Part shown: piece by piece, positions 10,045 to 20,814 of the stretch
Position numbering within the stretch: the first letter of the stretch is position 1
Layout of the letters: every line of letters starts with the position of its first letter
NCBI GenBank assembly: GCA_036655775.1
Contig: JAVVPL010000001.1
Span: 30,939-94,938 of the forward strand
Length of the DNA: 64,000 nt
Source of the DNA: Bacteroidales bacterium
GTDB lineage: Bacteria > Bacteroidota > Bacteroidia > Bacteroidales > P3
Direction: 5' to 3'
Program-made: the position numbers and the translations under genes
The notes under the pieces: model-generated
The model's database searches: none
What the model was told of the DNA's origin: nothing
What the model saw: the letters and a program-made list of their open reading frames with translations, nothing else

Positions 10045-11553
10045 ATGGCTTTTATCAATTCCGTAGTACTCTGGCTTATGAAAGAGCGACTACATCAAAT
10101 TCAACTTTTTGAAAAATATCCAGGCGATGTCCAAAGAGCAGAATTACGTAAATTACTCAGTGCTGCGGCCAATACAGAATATGGCAAATTGTATGGATTT
10201 GCAAGTATTCAAAATGAAGATGATTTTCGTCGACAATTACCTATTTGCAATTATGATGATTTGAAGCCCTATATTGATCGTATTCGCGCAGGGGAACAAC
10301 AAATTTTGTGGACAAGTGAAATAAAATGGTTTGCCAAATCTTCGGGCACAACCAACGACAAAAGTAAGTTTATCCCTGTCAGCAATGAATCACTCGCCGA
10401 ATGCCACTACAAAGGAGGTAAAGATTTATATGCTCTGTATGTAAATAATTATCCAGAAACCAAATTGTTTTCAGGCATGAATCTCTCAATGGGAGGCAGT
10501 CATCATATTTGCGAAAACAATAGTGACGCATTTTATGGCGATGTTTCAGCCATCATTATGCAAAATTTACCTTTTTGGGCAGAATTTAGACGTGTTCCTA
10601 ATTTGGATATTGCCTTGATGAACGAATGGGAAGAGAAGATAAACAAAATGGCCGCAGCTACTATCAAAGAAGATGTGACCAATATTGCGGGAGTACCTTC
10701 TTGGACCTTAGTTTTATTCAATAAAATCCTTGAACTCACAGGCAAAAACAACATCAGTGAAGTATGGCCCAATTTGGAAACATTTTTCCATGGAGGAGTC
10801 AGTTTTACCCCTTATGTACACCAGTTTCAAAACATCATTCAAAATCCAGATTTTCATTATATGGAAACATATAATGCTTCTGAGGGTTTCTTTGGTATTC
10901 AAGATCAAAAGAACAATGGGGATCTTTTACTCATGCTTGATTACGGTGTTTATTACGAATTTGTAACGCCAGAAGAACTTGAAAAACCCAATCCAAAATG
11001 TCTTGGATTAGAAGAGATAGAATTAGGTACCAATTATGCGATGTTAATCTCTACCAATGCGGGCTTATGGCGTTATTTAATTGGTGATACGGTTCAGTTT
11101 ACCAACAAAAACCCCTATCGTATTCGTATCAGTGGACGCACCAAACATTTTATCAATACCTTTGGCGAAGAATTAATTGTGGACAATGCCGATAAAGCCA
11201 TTCAAATGGCTTGCGAAAAAACACATGCCATGGTCAACGACTATACCGCGGCTCCCGTTTATATGGATGAACACAAACAAGCCTGTCATCAATGGTTGAT
11301 TGAATTTGAAAAAGAACCTGAAAGCCTTGCCTATTTTACCGAATTGCTCGATAATGCGCTCAAATCTTGTAATTCTGATTATGAAGCCAAACGGTATAAA
11401 AACATGGTTTTAAAAATGCCTCTAGTACAAGCTCTTCCCAAAGGAACTTTTTACAAATGGATGAAAAAGAAAGGCAAATTAGGTGGGCAACATAAAGTGC
11501 CCCGTTTAGCCAATCATAGAGAATATGTAGAAGAAATTCTTCAAGAAATTTAA
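10045..11553 (+). CDS. GH3 auxin-responsive-promoter family (acyl-adenylate forming) protein
   Basis: 502 aa. Resembles the bacterial GH3 family (FAKSSGTT.. P-loop-like motif, LWRYLIGDTV). Confidence 0.85.
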   Translation: MAFINSVVLWLMKERLHQIQLFEKYPGDVQRAELRKLLSAAANTEYGKLYGFASIQNEDDFRRQLPICNYDDLKPYIDRIRAGEQQILWTSEIKWFAKSSGTTNDKSKFIPVSNESLAECHYKGGKDLYALYVNNYPETKLFSGMNLSMGGSHHICENNSDAFYGDVSAIIMQNLPFWAEFRRVPNLDIALMNEWEEKINKMAAATIKEDVTNIAGVPSWTLVLFNKILELTGKNNISEVWPNLETFFHGGVSFTPYVHQFQNIIQNPDFHYMETYNASEGFFGIQDQKNNGDLLLMLDYGVYYEFVTPEELEKPNPKCLGLEEIELGTNYAMLISTNAGLWRYLIGDTVQFTNKNPYRIRISGRTKHFINTFGEELIVDNADKAIQMACEKTHAMVNDYTAAPVYMDEHKQACHQWLIEFEKEPESLAYFTELLDNALKSCNSDYEAKRYKNMVLKMPLVQALPKGTFYKWMKKKGKLGGQHKVPRLANHREYVEEILQEI

Positions 11554-11599
11554 AATGAGACTAAGGACACGCAGTTTCTTTGATAAAATCTTTGCTTTT

Positions 11600-14068
11600 T
11601 TACTGCGGATCTACATCTATGGTTATCCAAATACTTTTGTATTCTTTTCGAGTCCAAAAATCATGAATAAGTTGTTGTAAGCGCTCCTTTGCTTGGTTTA
11701 TATTGGCGGGGCGTTCTATCTTAAGTAAAATATTTTTGATATATAAACCCTGCACCCTACTAACCATAGGATATTCAGGACCTAAAACTCGTCCGCCAAA
11801 TACTTGTCGCATACCCTGAGCCAACTCTTGCGCAGCATGCTGCAACAACTCTTCTTCCTTATGTTTTAAACTCAATTTTAGCAAACGATAATACGGTGGA
11901 TATTTAAATATTTGCCTTTCATGGATCTGACTTTGATACATCGACATATAATCATTATTGATTACATCTTGTATCACTTGAAAATAGGGATTATAACTTT
12001 GAATAATCACATCCCCTTTCCCATTTTTACGCCCTGCACGTCCACTTACTTGAGTCATCAATTGAAAACTTCGTTCGTATGCTCTAAAATCAGGAAAACT
12101 AATCATATTATCTGCATTCAATATTCCCACCACACTTACATTATCAAAATCCAAACCCTTAGTAACCATTTGAGTACCAACCAAAACATCTATTTTCCGT
12201 TCTTGAAAAGCATGAATTAATTCTATATACGCATTTTTGGATCGAGTGGTATCTAAATCCATACGCGCAATACGAATATTGGGAAGCATCAATGCCAAAT
12301 CTTCTTCTATTTTTTCGGTGCCAAAACCTTTTATTTTAAGGGCATCTTTTCCACATTCAGGACAATGTGTAGGCACAGGGATACTGTAGCCACAATAATG
12401 ACAACGCAATTGATTTTGCGCTTTATGGTAGGTTAGCGTAACATCACAATTTTTGCATGTAGGGGTATGATGACAAAGTTCACATTCTAAACGAGGCGAA
12501 AATCCACGTCGATTTTGAAACAAAATAACTTGTTCTTTTTTTTCCAAAGCCGCTTCAATCTTTGTGATTAAAAAAGATGAAAAATGCCCGTGCATACTTT
12601 TGTTTTTACTTTCTTTTTTTAGATCCGCCACCCAAATTGTAGGCAGATGCACATCTCCATAACGAGTATATAAATTGACCAAACCATATTTATCATGAAG
12701 TGCATTATAATAACTTTCGATGGAAGGGGTAGCCGAACCTAAAAGCGTTTTGGCTTTATGCAAAGAAGCCAAATAAATAGCCACATCTCTTGCATTATAG
12801 CGAGGAGCGGGATCTTGTTGTTTAAACGAACTATCGTGTTCTTCATCCACAATTACCAAACCCAAATCAGAAAAAGGCAAAAAAATAGCCGAACGAGCAC
12901 CCAAAATAATACGATAGGTGTCTTGCGTATGATTCCAAATTTCTATTTTTTCATGTTCATTATGCCTTGAATGGTAAATACCCACCTGCGAACCAAAATA
13001 CTTACGTAAACGCTCTATAATTTGCGAAGTAAGCGCTATTTCAGGCAATAAATACAAGACCTGCTTTCCTTGTTTAAGCGCTTGTTCTATCAATTTAATA
13101 TAAATTTCCGTTTTTCCACTAGAGGTGACCCCATGCAAAAGACAAACATCTTTGTCAATAAAAGCACGATGAATTTCGGTATAGGCTTTATTTTGGGCAT
13201 CCGAAAGTTCTATTTGTGCAGGTATTGCCGTATTTTCATACGTTTGCAAACGGCTTTGAAATTCTTCTTTTTGCTTAAATACATTTTTTTTGACTAACGT
13301 TTGAAGCGCAGCGGCTCCGCCTACAATATCTCTTAACACTTCGGATCTTTTCACCCACGTATTTCCTCCAATTTTGGTACTTTCTCTCAAATAAGCCATT
13401 AGAATTTCCAATTGTTTGAACGCTTTTTTTTCTGCATTTTCAAATATTGTTTTTTGAGCTGTTTCATTTTCTATATACGCATCCCCCCAGCATACATACG
13501 TTTCTTGCTTGGGTTTATACCTTTCTCCAATCTCTTCTTTTACAAGAATAATTCCTCTTTCGCGTAAAGATTTGGTTAATGGAAGTGTTTTTATTTGACC
13601 AGAAATTTGTGCAATCTCATTCATATTGAGTTCGGGTCGCACTTGGAGAGCTTGTATAATTTGGATTTCTTTTTCATTCAAACCGCTGACATCACCATCA
13701 AAATATGGATTCAGCACTATACGTGTGTCGTTGGTAAGTTTAAAACCCGAAGGCAAAGCGGCAGACATAATCTCTCCCATCGTACACATATAGTAATCGG
13801 ACAACCAATGCCAAAAATGAAGTTGCATTTCATTCACAATAGGCTGTTCATCCAACACATCCATAAAATATTTTGCAACATACTCCTTAGGTGCTTGCTC
13901 ATGAATAGCACAAACCAAAGCCGCATATATTTTATGTTTTCCAAAAGGAACGGCCACTCTCTGCCCTATTTGTAAATGCGCATTAAACTCTTGGGGAACT
14001 CTATATGTAAAATAACCCGGCAAAGGGAGCGGAAGCAATACGTCTATAAATAAATCTATCCTTTCCAT
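11600..14068 (-). CDS. priA: primosomal protein N' (replication restart helicase)
   Basis: 822 aa. Walker A GVTSSGKTE, DEEH box, Cys-rich zinc cluster (CELCHHTPTCKNCDVTLTYH..CHYCG) and helicase C-terminal motifs. Confidence 0.95.
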   Translation of the reverse strand: MERIDLFIDVLLPLPLPGYFTYRVPQEFNAHLQIGQRVAVPFGKHKIYAALVCAIHEQAPKEYVAKYFMDVLDEQPIVNEMQLHFWHWLSDYYMCTMGEIMSAALPSGFKLTNDTRIVLNPYFDGDVSGLNEKEIQIIQALQVRPELNMNEIAQISGQIKTLPLTKSLRERGIILVKEEIGERYKPKQETYVCWGDAYIENETAQKTIFENAEKKAFKQLEILMAYLRESTKIGGNTWVKRSEVLRDIVGGAAALQTLVKKNVFKQKEEFQSRLQTYENTAIPAQIELSDAQNKAYTEIHRAFIDKDVCLLHGVTSSGKTEIYIKLIEQALKQGKQVLYLLPEIALTSQIIERLRKYFGSQVGIYHSRHNEHEKIEIWNHTQDTYRIILGARSAIFLPFSDLGLVIVDEEHDSSFKQQDPAPRYNARDVAIYLASLHKAKTLLGSATPSIESYYNALHDKYGLVNLYTRYGDVHLPTIWVADLKKESKNKSMHGHFSSFLITKIEAALEKKEQVILFQNRRGFSPRLECELCHHTPTCKNCDVTLTYHKAQNQLRCHYCGYSIPVPTHCPECGKDALKIKGFGTEKIEEDLALMLPNIRIARMDLDTTRSKNAYIELIHAFQERKIDVLVGTQMVTKGLDFDNVSVVGILNADNMISFPDFRAYERSFQLMTQVSGRAGRKNGKGDVIIQSYNPYFQVIQDVINNDYMSMYQSQIHERQIFKYPPYYRLLKLSLKHKEEELLQHAAQELAQGMRQVFGGRVLGPEYPMVSRVQGLYIKNILLKIERPANINQAKERLQQLIHDFWTRKEYKSIWITIDVDPQ

Positions 14069-14072
14069 AGAG

Positions 14073-14080
14073 CAAAAGTA
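14073..14080 (-). promoter_or_regulatory. -7 box TACTTTTG immediately upstream of priA
   Basis: Exact TAnnTTTG, with only 4 nt between the box and the priA ATG. Confidence 0.5.
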
Positions 14081-14145
14081 CAGAATATTTCGGATTTAGA
14101 ACAAATATTTTTTGTTTTTAGCGTTTTTAATTTTATCTTTACCAG

Positions 14146-14264
14146 TTAAAATTGTTTTCGTATGAAATGAACCTGAGTTCGACAGCTCAAACAAGAGCAT
14201 GAAAATACACCTCATGGAGTTCCATACCTTCTATTTATTAAAATTATTTTTCGTATGAAACGAA
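14146..14264 (+). repeat. about 27-bp direct repeat duplicating the translation-initiation region of the CHU_C protein gene
   Basis: TTAAAATTGTTTTCGTATGAAATGAA (14146-14171) versus TTAAAATTATTTTTCGTATGAAACGAA (14238-14264). Confidence 0.85.
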
Positions 14265-17200
14265 TTGTTTTTACTTTGGTAATACTGTTTTCTTTTTGTC
14301 ATTTATATTCACAAACTCAAACTGCTAAATTAGCAAAAGATATAAATGTAGAGTGGGGAACGTATTGGAATGGGGGAAAGAATATATATCCTACACATTG
14401 GCTTCCATTGCATGATACCTTGGTTCAATCTCAAACGTTTTCATTAAATGCTTCGGCTATCGACTCTATGGGTAATTTGTATATTGTAGGCAAAGGTGAA
14501 ATTTCACGTTTTCCTTTCAATACGCAGGATACAAATTATATTATTTCTAATTGTCCCACGCCCAATTATGATGCTTTTATTGCCAAATTTAATAAAGAAG
14601 GGGCTTTACAATGGGCTCACTATTATGGATCCTCCAGATACGACGAGGCCACGGCAATCAAAATAAATAGCAAAAATGAAATTTATGTAAGCGGATGGAT
14701 TTTACAAAACTTATATCCTGCGCATGATAACGGAACTAAAGCGCCCTCCAATTTATTTTCTTTTTGGAAAAACGATTTCCCCACCTTCTCTCCCAAGGGA
14801 GGACTCAATAGAGATACAGGAAGTCTCTTTCTTTTAAAATTTGACACCGAAGGAAAACGATTATGGGCGGGTTTATATGGACCTCAACAAATAAATACCG
14901 ACTCTATTTTTGTATTGACCCATCCTTTAAATATGGAAATAGATAATAAAGATCAAGTGTATCTCACGGGTTCCTTTTTAAGTCTTGGCAGTATTGTACA
15001 TCCCTGGGTCAAAGACTATAAAAAGCTGAGTGTTTTTGGAGAAAAAAATGCTTTTCAATTTACCCCCTCATACGATTATTCTCACTATGAGAATTCCATT
15101 TATCCAAGTCAATTTCTGCTCAAACTCAATGCACAAGATAGTTTAGTCTGGAGTACTTATCTTCCTTTATCTCTCAATTTGATGGCTTGCCGTTCAGACT
15201 CCAAACAAAATCTTTTTCTCTATGGAGGTAGTGCGGCATCTAATATGGAAGAATTGGCACCTCTAGAAAAACCAGGAGCCTATTTTTCCAAACGTTCTTC
15301 CGTTGAAAACGCCGCTGTATTTAATTCTTTCCCAATTTTAGCACAATTGGATTCAACGGGTATATTTCGTTGGTGTACCCATATTGGAAAAGATCAAACC
15401 GTATCCGATAAAAATCAAATTTATCAATTTGATTTATTGGTCACCGAGAAAGATCATTTAATTATTACTGGAGGCACTAGCTCCAACACCTATCCTTTGA
15501 TAAAATTCAAAAACGGATTTTTTCAAGACAGCATTCAAAATACTACTTCACCCTACAATTACGACAGTACAAGAATATATCTTAGCGAATTTGATCAAAA
15601 TGGGAAAATGATATGGTCCACTTTTTATTCCTATAAAAATTTCAAATGTATAGGAGCTAAATTAGTATCTGATTTGCATGGCGGATTTTACCTTTTAAGT
15701 TCTTTACTTGATGCCAATATCCAAACAGAAAAAATTCTAGGAGAAAAAACTTCTTTACTTTTGAGTCATTTTAACAGAAATCGTCAATTAATCCAAGAAC
15801 AAGAAATTCCTTCCAGCATCAATTTTTATGCGCTACCCGCTTTTTTAGACGAAAATTCAATATTGGTATCTTCCAATCTAAATCAAATAGAAGGATTCAA
15901 TACTGTGGCCTTACACACGCTTCCAAACTTACATATAGAACTTGATTCTCGTGGAAAACTCTATGTTAGTGGCAACGCCCTATCTTTAGATCCCTCGCTA
16001 TTGGTACATGCCAATAAAAATGCCTATTTTCAAGATCAACCCCTACTTTCTAAAGATCCCCTCTCTGGTTTTATTTTGGCTTTTGATCTTTGTGATACCA
16101 CTACCTATCCGCCTATTTCTCTAGGAATTAAAGATACTTTAATTTGTAAAGATGCACAAATTAATATTCCATTACATATTTCCGAATCCAATTATCTCTC
16201 ACGTCGCATTGTATGGAATGCAGCCACCGACAATGAGTTTGAAGGAGACGAATATACCATTACCAAAACAGGCACGTATTTTGTTGAAATTCGCACCTTA
16301 TACAGCGCATGTCCTTCGGTAATATATAGCGATACCATTCATGTGGATACCTTGCCAAAACCTATTTTAAACTTTCCAAAAGACACCGTTAAACGCTGTA
16401 TAGGCGAAGGCATCTACAAAATACACGCCACCAATCCACAGTCCTCTTATCTTTGGAGTGACGGCTCCATCGATTCAGTTTATCTATTACGTTACAAAGA
16501 CAGCTCCATTGTCAATTTAAATTGTACAGTTACCAATATTTGCGGTCTATCTACCACCGACTCTCTAGTGGTTCAGTTTTTACCTCCATACGCGTATTTG
16601 GGTAAAGATACGATTTTATGCAAAACGGACAGTCTTCTTTTGGATATGAATAAACTTAATATGAGTATTCCTAAACCCTTACACTATATTTGGCTACTTA
16701 ACAACGACACAGTTCAAGGTTGTGGCGAAAATCAAGGCTCCTATTTAATTAGATCCAAAGATAGTGGCACCCTTATAGTTGAAGTTCATTGGCCCCAATC
16801 TCAGTGTGAAGTTGCTAAAGACACCTTAAATTTCTCCTATTATCTTTACCCAAATGTAAACCCAATAGTCAACGACACTACCATTTGTGCAAATTCCGAA
16901 ATTATTTTTGACGCAAATCGGGATACATTTGGACCAGATGCCAGTGTACAATGGTATAATGCTTCCCAAGCTCTCTTGAGTACCTCCGACACTATCTTGC
17001 TTTCCGAAATTGGTACGTACACCTTACGCATGCAAAATTATTGTAGTAAAGCTTCCGCAACTTTTACCCTTTCTCATTACCCTTTAGAGTGGACCGAATT
17101 ACGCATTCCAGCAGATACCGTTATGTGCCAGACAGTTTCTATTGTATTGGATGTACGTATTCCGAATCATCCCACCACCTATACTTGGGAAGATGCCCCT

Positions 17201-17602
17201 AACGAAACTTCTGGCGTACGTGTTTTTTCTGAGGCAGGCGAATATGGATTAACCCTTACAGATAGTATCGGATGCTTTCAATCGTACACTATTAATTTGC
17301 GTTCTGAAGATTGCAATCCCGTATTAGAAGTTCCCAATGTGTTTACGCCTAATGGAGATGGAATCAACGATTTGTTCAAAGTTAAAACACAAGAAAAAAT
17401 TTTCAATTTCACAATTCAAATTTTCAATTCATTTGGATTGATTGTACATAAATATCAAGGAAATCCTGCCGATTGGCAATGGGATGGATCTAATAACCTA
17501 AACCAACAAGTTCCCGATGGAACTTATTTTTGGATTGCACAATTTAAAGACTTTAAAGGCAAAAAGAAAAAAGAAACAGGTTGTGTGATGATTTTAAGAT
17601 AA
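14255..17602 (+). CDS. large secreted protein with gliding-motility-associated C-terminal domain (CHU_C, T9SS type B sorting domain)
   Basis: 1115 aa. Signal peptide, N-terminal beta-propeller-like repeats, Cys-containing Ig-like repeats, C-terminal VPNVFTPNGDGINDLF..DGTYFW motif. Confidence 0.85.
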   Translation: MKRIVFTLVILFSFCHLYSQTQTAKLAKDINVEWGTYWNGGKNIYPTHWLPLHDTLVQSQTFSLNASAIDSMGNLYIVGKGEISRFPFNTQDTNYIISNCPTPNYDAFIAKFNKEGALQWAHYYGSSRYDEATAIKINSKNEIYVSGWILQNLYPAHDNGTKAPSNLFSFWKNDFPTFSPKGGLNRDTGSLFLLKFDTEGKRLWAGLYGPQQINTDSIFVLTHPLNMEIDNKDQVYLTGSFLSLGSIVHPWVKDYKKLSVFGEKNAFQFTPSYDYSHYENSIYPSQFLLKLNAQDSLVWSTYLPLSLNLMACRSDSKQNLFLYGGSAASNMEELAPLEKPGAYFSKRSSVENAAVFNSFPILAQLDSTGIFRWCTHIGKDQTVSDKNQIYQFDLLVTEKDHLIITGGTSSNTYPLIKFKNGFFQDSIQNTTSPYNYDSTRIYLSEFDQNGKMIWSTFYSYKNFKCIGAKLVSDLHGGFYLLSSLLDANIQTEKILGEKTSLLLSHFNRNRQLIQEQEIPSSINFYALPAFLDENSILVSSNLNQIEGFNTVALHTLPNLHIELDSRGKLYVSGNALSLDPSLLVHANKNAYFQDQPLLSKDPLSGFILAFDLCDTTTYPPISLGIKDTLICKDAQINIPLHISESNYLSRRIVWNAATDNEFEGDEYTITKTGTYFVEIRTLYSACPSVIYSDTIHVDTLPKPILNFPKDTVKRCIGEGIYKIHATNPQSSYLWSDGSIDSVYLLRYKDSSIVNLNCTVTNICGLSTTDSLVVQFLPPYAYLGKDTILCKTDSLLLDMNKLNMSIPKPLHYIWLLNNDTVQGCGENQGSYLIRSKDSGTLIVEVHWPQSQCEVAKDTLNFSYYLYPNVNPIVNDTTICANSEIIFDANRDTFGPDASVQWYNASQALLSTSDTILLSEIGTYTLRMQNYCSKASATFTLSHYPLEWTELRIPADTVMCQTVSIVLDVRIPNHPTTYTWEDAPNETSGVRVFSEAGEYGLTLTDSIGCFQSYTINLRSEDCNPVLEVPNVFTPNGDGINDLFKVKTQEKIFNFTIQIFNSFGLIVHKYQGNPADWQWDGSNNLNQQVPDGTYFWIAQFKDFKGKKKKETGCVMILR

Positions 17603-17638
17603 AAAAGCATATATTATTTTCCTATCTACATGCTTTTT
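17602..17638 (+). terminator. candidate intrinsic terminator after the CHU_C protein gene
   Basis: AAAAAGCAT .. ATGCTTTTT stem with a long AT-rich loop, then a T-run. It is AT-rich and therefore weak. Confidence 0.45.
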
Positions 17639-17652
17639 AACGGAATTTTGTG

Positions 17653-17660
17653 TAAATTTG
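17653..17660 (+). promoter_or_regulatory. -7 box TAAATTTG upstream of DUF4290-murA
   Basis: Exact TAnnTTTG, 20 nt before the ATG. Confidence 0.55.
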
Positions 17661-17680
17661 CTAAAAATTAATTTTTATAC

Positions 17681-18340
17681 ATGGAATATAATACAGCACG
17701 CGAAACGCTTCTTTTTTCAGAATATGGTCGTGGCATAAAAAAAATGGTAGATATTGCTTTGACAATTGAAGATCGAGAAAAGCGGTCCCAAATAGCAAGA
17801 AATATTGTGAAAACAATGTCCATTTTGAATCCACAACTTAAAGATATGGATAATTTTCAACAAAAATTATACGACCATTTATTTATTATTTCCGATTTCA
17901 AATTGGACATTGATTGTCCATATCCCATACCTAGCCCTGATAGTATAAAACGCAGTCCAGACAAGGTGACTTATTCCATGCAAAATATTCGTTTTCGTTA
18001 TTACGGAAAAACCTTAGAGGCGATGATCAAAAAAGCATGTGAATTTGAAGATGGAGAAGCAAAAACCGCTTTGGTAAATTTATTGGCTGTCCAAATGAAA
18101 AAATCCTATTATCTTTGGAATGATGATATTTTAACCGATGATTTAGTAGCCACCCATTTGGCAATTCTATCTGGAGGCAAACTTATTTATACCGAAGAGA
18201 TGAAGGGTGAAGTTTACAAACACTTTTATCAAAAACCCAGTTTGACGAGTGTCAACAAAAAGAAATTCAATAATAGCAGTATGGGCAATGGAATAGGCAA
18301 CAACAAGCGTGCATTCTATAAAAATAAAAAACGAAAATAA
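17681..18340 (+). CDS. DUF4290 domain protein
   Basis: 219 aa. The sequence and its position just upstream of murA match my recollection of the Bacteroidota DUF4290 family. TAAATTTG box 20 nt upstream. Confidence 0.7.
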   Translation: MEYNTARETLLFSEYGRGIKKMVDIALTIEDREKRSQIARNIVKTMSILNPQLKDMDNFQQKLYDHLFIISDFKLDIDCPYPIPSPDSIKRSPDKVTYSMQNIRFRYYGKTLEAMIKKACEFEDGEAKTALVNLLAVQMKKSYYLWNDDILTDDLVATHLAILSGGKLIYTEEMKGEVYKHFYQKPSLTSVNKKKFNNSSMGNGIGNNKRAFYKNKKRK

Positions 18341-18351
18341 ATTTATTTGCT

Positions 18352-19662
18352 ATGAGTTCATTTGAGATTATTGGAAGTAAACGATTGTCAGGCTGCATTA
18401 CTCCGCAAGGAGCCAAAAACGAAGCTTTACAAGTACTCTGCGCCACCCTTTTGAGTTCAGAGAAAATCAGCATCAGTAATATTCCCAATATACGAGATGT
18501 GAATAAACTCATTGAATTATTAGCTTGTATGGGCTCCAAAATTCAACAACTAGATGCACATACATACAGTTTTCAAGCCGATGATTTACATTTAGATTAT
18601 TTGCAAACTGACGATTTTGAAAAAAAAGCAAATTCTCTTCGAGGAGCGGTAATGATTGCAGGACCTCTTCTTGCTCGTTTTGGACATGCCAACATCCCTC
18701 AACCTGGAGGAGATAAAATTGGACGAAGACGATTGGATACCCATTTTACAGGTTTTGAAAAACTAGGAGCTACCGTCAATTATAACCCCAATCAACGTTG
18801 TTTTAGCATACATGCAAAAAAACTGCATGGATGCTATATGTTATTAGATGAAGCGTCGGTAACAGGCACCGCCAATATTGTAATGGCAGCCGTTTTGAGT
18901 GAAGGAGAAACCACCATTTTTAATGCAGCTTGTGAGCCCTACCTTTTACAACTTTGTTTGATGCTCAATCGAATGGGAGCTAAAATCACAGGGGTTGGCT
19001 CCAATCTTTTACATATTGAAGGAGTAAAAGAACTGGCAGGAACCACACATTGTCTACTTCCAGATATGATTGAAGTGGGTAGTTTTATTGGTTTAGCAGC
19101 CATGACTCGATCAGAGTTAACTATAAAAAATGTGCAGGTTGATCATCTTGGCAATATTCCAGAAGTATTTCGTCGTTTAGGTATTCACATAGAACGCAGA
19201 GAGGATGATTTATTTATTCCCAAACAAGAACATTATCACATAGAAAACTCCATGGACGGTTCTATTCTTACCATTGCCGATGCACCTTGGCCTGGATTTA
19301 CGCCCGATTTAATTAGTATTGCCTTAGTAACGGCAACGCAAGCCCGAGGGAGTGTACTTATTCATCAAAAAATGTTTGAAAGTCGTTTATTTTTTGTAGA
19401 CAATTTAATTTCCATGGGCGCTCAAATCATTTTATGTGACCCTCATCGTGCAACGGTTATAGGCAGTAATCATGAAATTCCTTTACGTGGTATTTCCATG
19501 GTATCTCCCGATATTCGAGCTGGAGTAGCCCTTCTTATTGCAGCCATGTCGGCCGAAGGGAAAAGTGTGATTCACAATATTGAACAAATCGATCGCGGCT
19601 ATCAAAATATAGATGAACGTTTAAACAATTTAGGCGCAGAAATTCGACGTTTATCCGAATAA
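18352..19662 (+). CDS. murA: UDP-N-acetylglucosamine 1-carboxyvinyltransferase
   Basis: 436 aa with EPSP-synthase/MurA fold motifs (GAKNEALQVL, GGDKIGRRRLDTH). Confidence 0.95.
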   Translation: MSSFEIIGSKRLSGCITPQGAKNEALQVLCATLLSSEKISISNIPNIRDVNKLIELLACMGSKIQQLDAHTYSFQADDLHLDYLQTDDFEKKANSLRGAVMIAGPLLARFGHANIPQPGGDKIGRRRLDTHFTGFEKLGATVNYNPNQRCFSIHAKKLHGCYMLLDEASVTGTANIVMAAVLSEGETTIFNAACEPYLLQLCLMLNRMGAKITGVGSNLLHIEGVKELAGTTHCLLPDMIEVGSFIGLAAMTRSELTIKNVQVDHLGNIPEVFRRLGIHIERREDDLFIPKQEHYHIENSMDGSILTIADAPWPGFTPDLISIALVTATQARGSVLIHQKMFESRLFFVDNLISMGAQIILCDPHRATVIGSNHEIPLRGISMVSPDIRAGVALLIAAMSAEGKSVIHNIEQIDRGYQNIDERLNNLGAEIRRLSE

Positions 19663-19695
19663 AAACCATAAAGACATCCAATAAAAAACAAAAAA

Positions 19696-20811
19696 ATGAA
19701 ACCATTCTACATTTTAACTTGCTGCATTTGTTTGCTATTTTCGCTGAATATGCAAGCTCAAAATTTCAATTCCGAACTTCCTACACAAGGTATAGATCCT
19801 AAATATATTTTATTGGAAGAATTTACAGGATCTTGGTGCAACAATTGCCCCAACACAGCACAAGCCATCGACACTTTTTTTAAACACAATTTGCCAATTG
19901 CCGCTATTGCCTACCAAATTGAAATAGCTCCCGATATGATGAAATATTATATTATAGCCAATGCAGAACGTTCTGGATTTTACGATACAGTTCGCAGTAT
20001 TCCCGATGTTTTTTTCAATGGCAATTTACATTCTTCTATGGGTTTTGGAGATGCGGGTATTCGATTCAAAAAGTATCGCTTGCTTTACGATTCTTGCATG
20101 AAACAAAAAACAGCGTATGATTTAAAACTTAGCATGAAAACCAAACGTTACGACCTTCTTCATTTAGATAGTCTTTTCGTGGAAATCCGAGTAGACAAAA
20201 TTGCTCAAGACACGAGCAAAAACTTAGCACTCCACTTGGCTATGACCCAAAATCATATCGAAAAAAAATGGTATAACCTCACCGAATTAAATCATGTAAA
20301 TCGGCGCATGTTTCCTAGTGCAAGTGGCATTCCCATTAATTTCACACAAAGTAATACGCATATAGAAAAATATGCTTTTGCCATTCCCGATTCTGCTCAA
20401 ATTCCACTCAAAGATCTCGTGTTCATCGGTTTTTTACAAGAAAACACATTTTTAGGGTACGACACTACTCGATATGAAGATGGACAAATGTATATTCAAG
20501 CTAAGTACAACCGAAAAGTACAACAAACCGATCTTTTTGATTTTTCAAAAAGCCCCATTGCCATCGAACAAACAAGCAATTCATGTCAACTCAAAGTATA
20601 CCCTAATCCTTCTGTAAATGGTTTATTTTATTTATCAAAAGGAGAAACTACACATACATATAGTGTATTTGATTTATTTGGCAGAGAAATTTTAAAAGCA
20701 GGGGCCAATACACATAGTCTTGATTTATCTCAATATGCTAAGGGAATGTATCTTTTGCAAGTAATAACCCCTAAAGGCGTAGGTAAGACTATTAAATTGT
20801 TGAAAAATTAG
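19696..20811 (+). CDS. Omp28-related / thioredoxin-like secreted protein with T9SS type A C-terminal sorting domain
   Basis: 371 aa. Signal peptide, EEFTGSWCNNCP motif, C-terminal KVYPNPSVNGLFYL...GMYLLQV CTD. Confidence 0.7.
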   Translation: MKPFYILTCCICLLFSLNMQAQNFNSELPTQGIDPKYILLEEFTGSWCNNCPNTAQAIDTFFKHNLPIAAIAYQIEIAPDMMKYYIIANAERSGFYDTVRSIPDVFFNGNLHSSMGFGDAGIRFKKYRLLYDSCMKQKTAYDLKLSMKTKRYDLLHLDSLFVEIRVDKIAQDTSKNLALHLAMTQNHIEKKWYNLTELNHVNRRMFPSASGIPINFTQSNTHIEKYAFAIPDSAQIPLKDLVFIGFLQENTFLGYDTTRYEDGQMYIQAKYNRKVQQTDLFDFSKSPIAIEQTSNSCQLKVYPNPSVNGLFYLSKGETTHTYSVFDLFGREILKAGANTHSLDLSQYAKGMYLLQVITPKGVGKTIKLLKN

Positions 20812-20814
20812 CCC

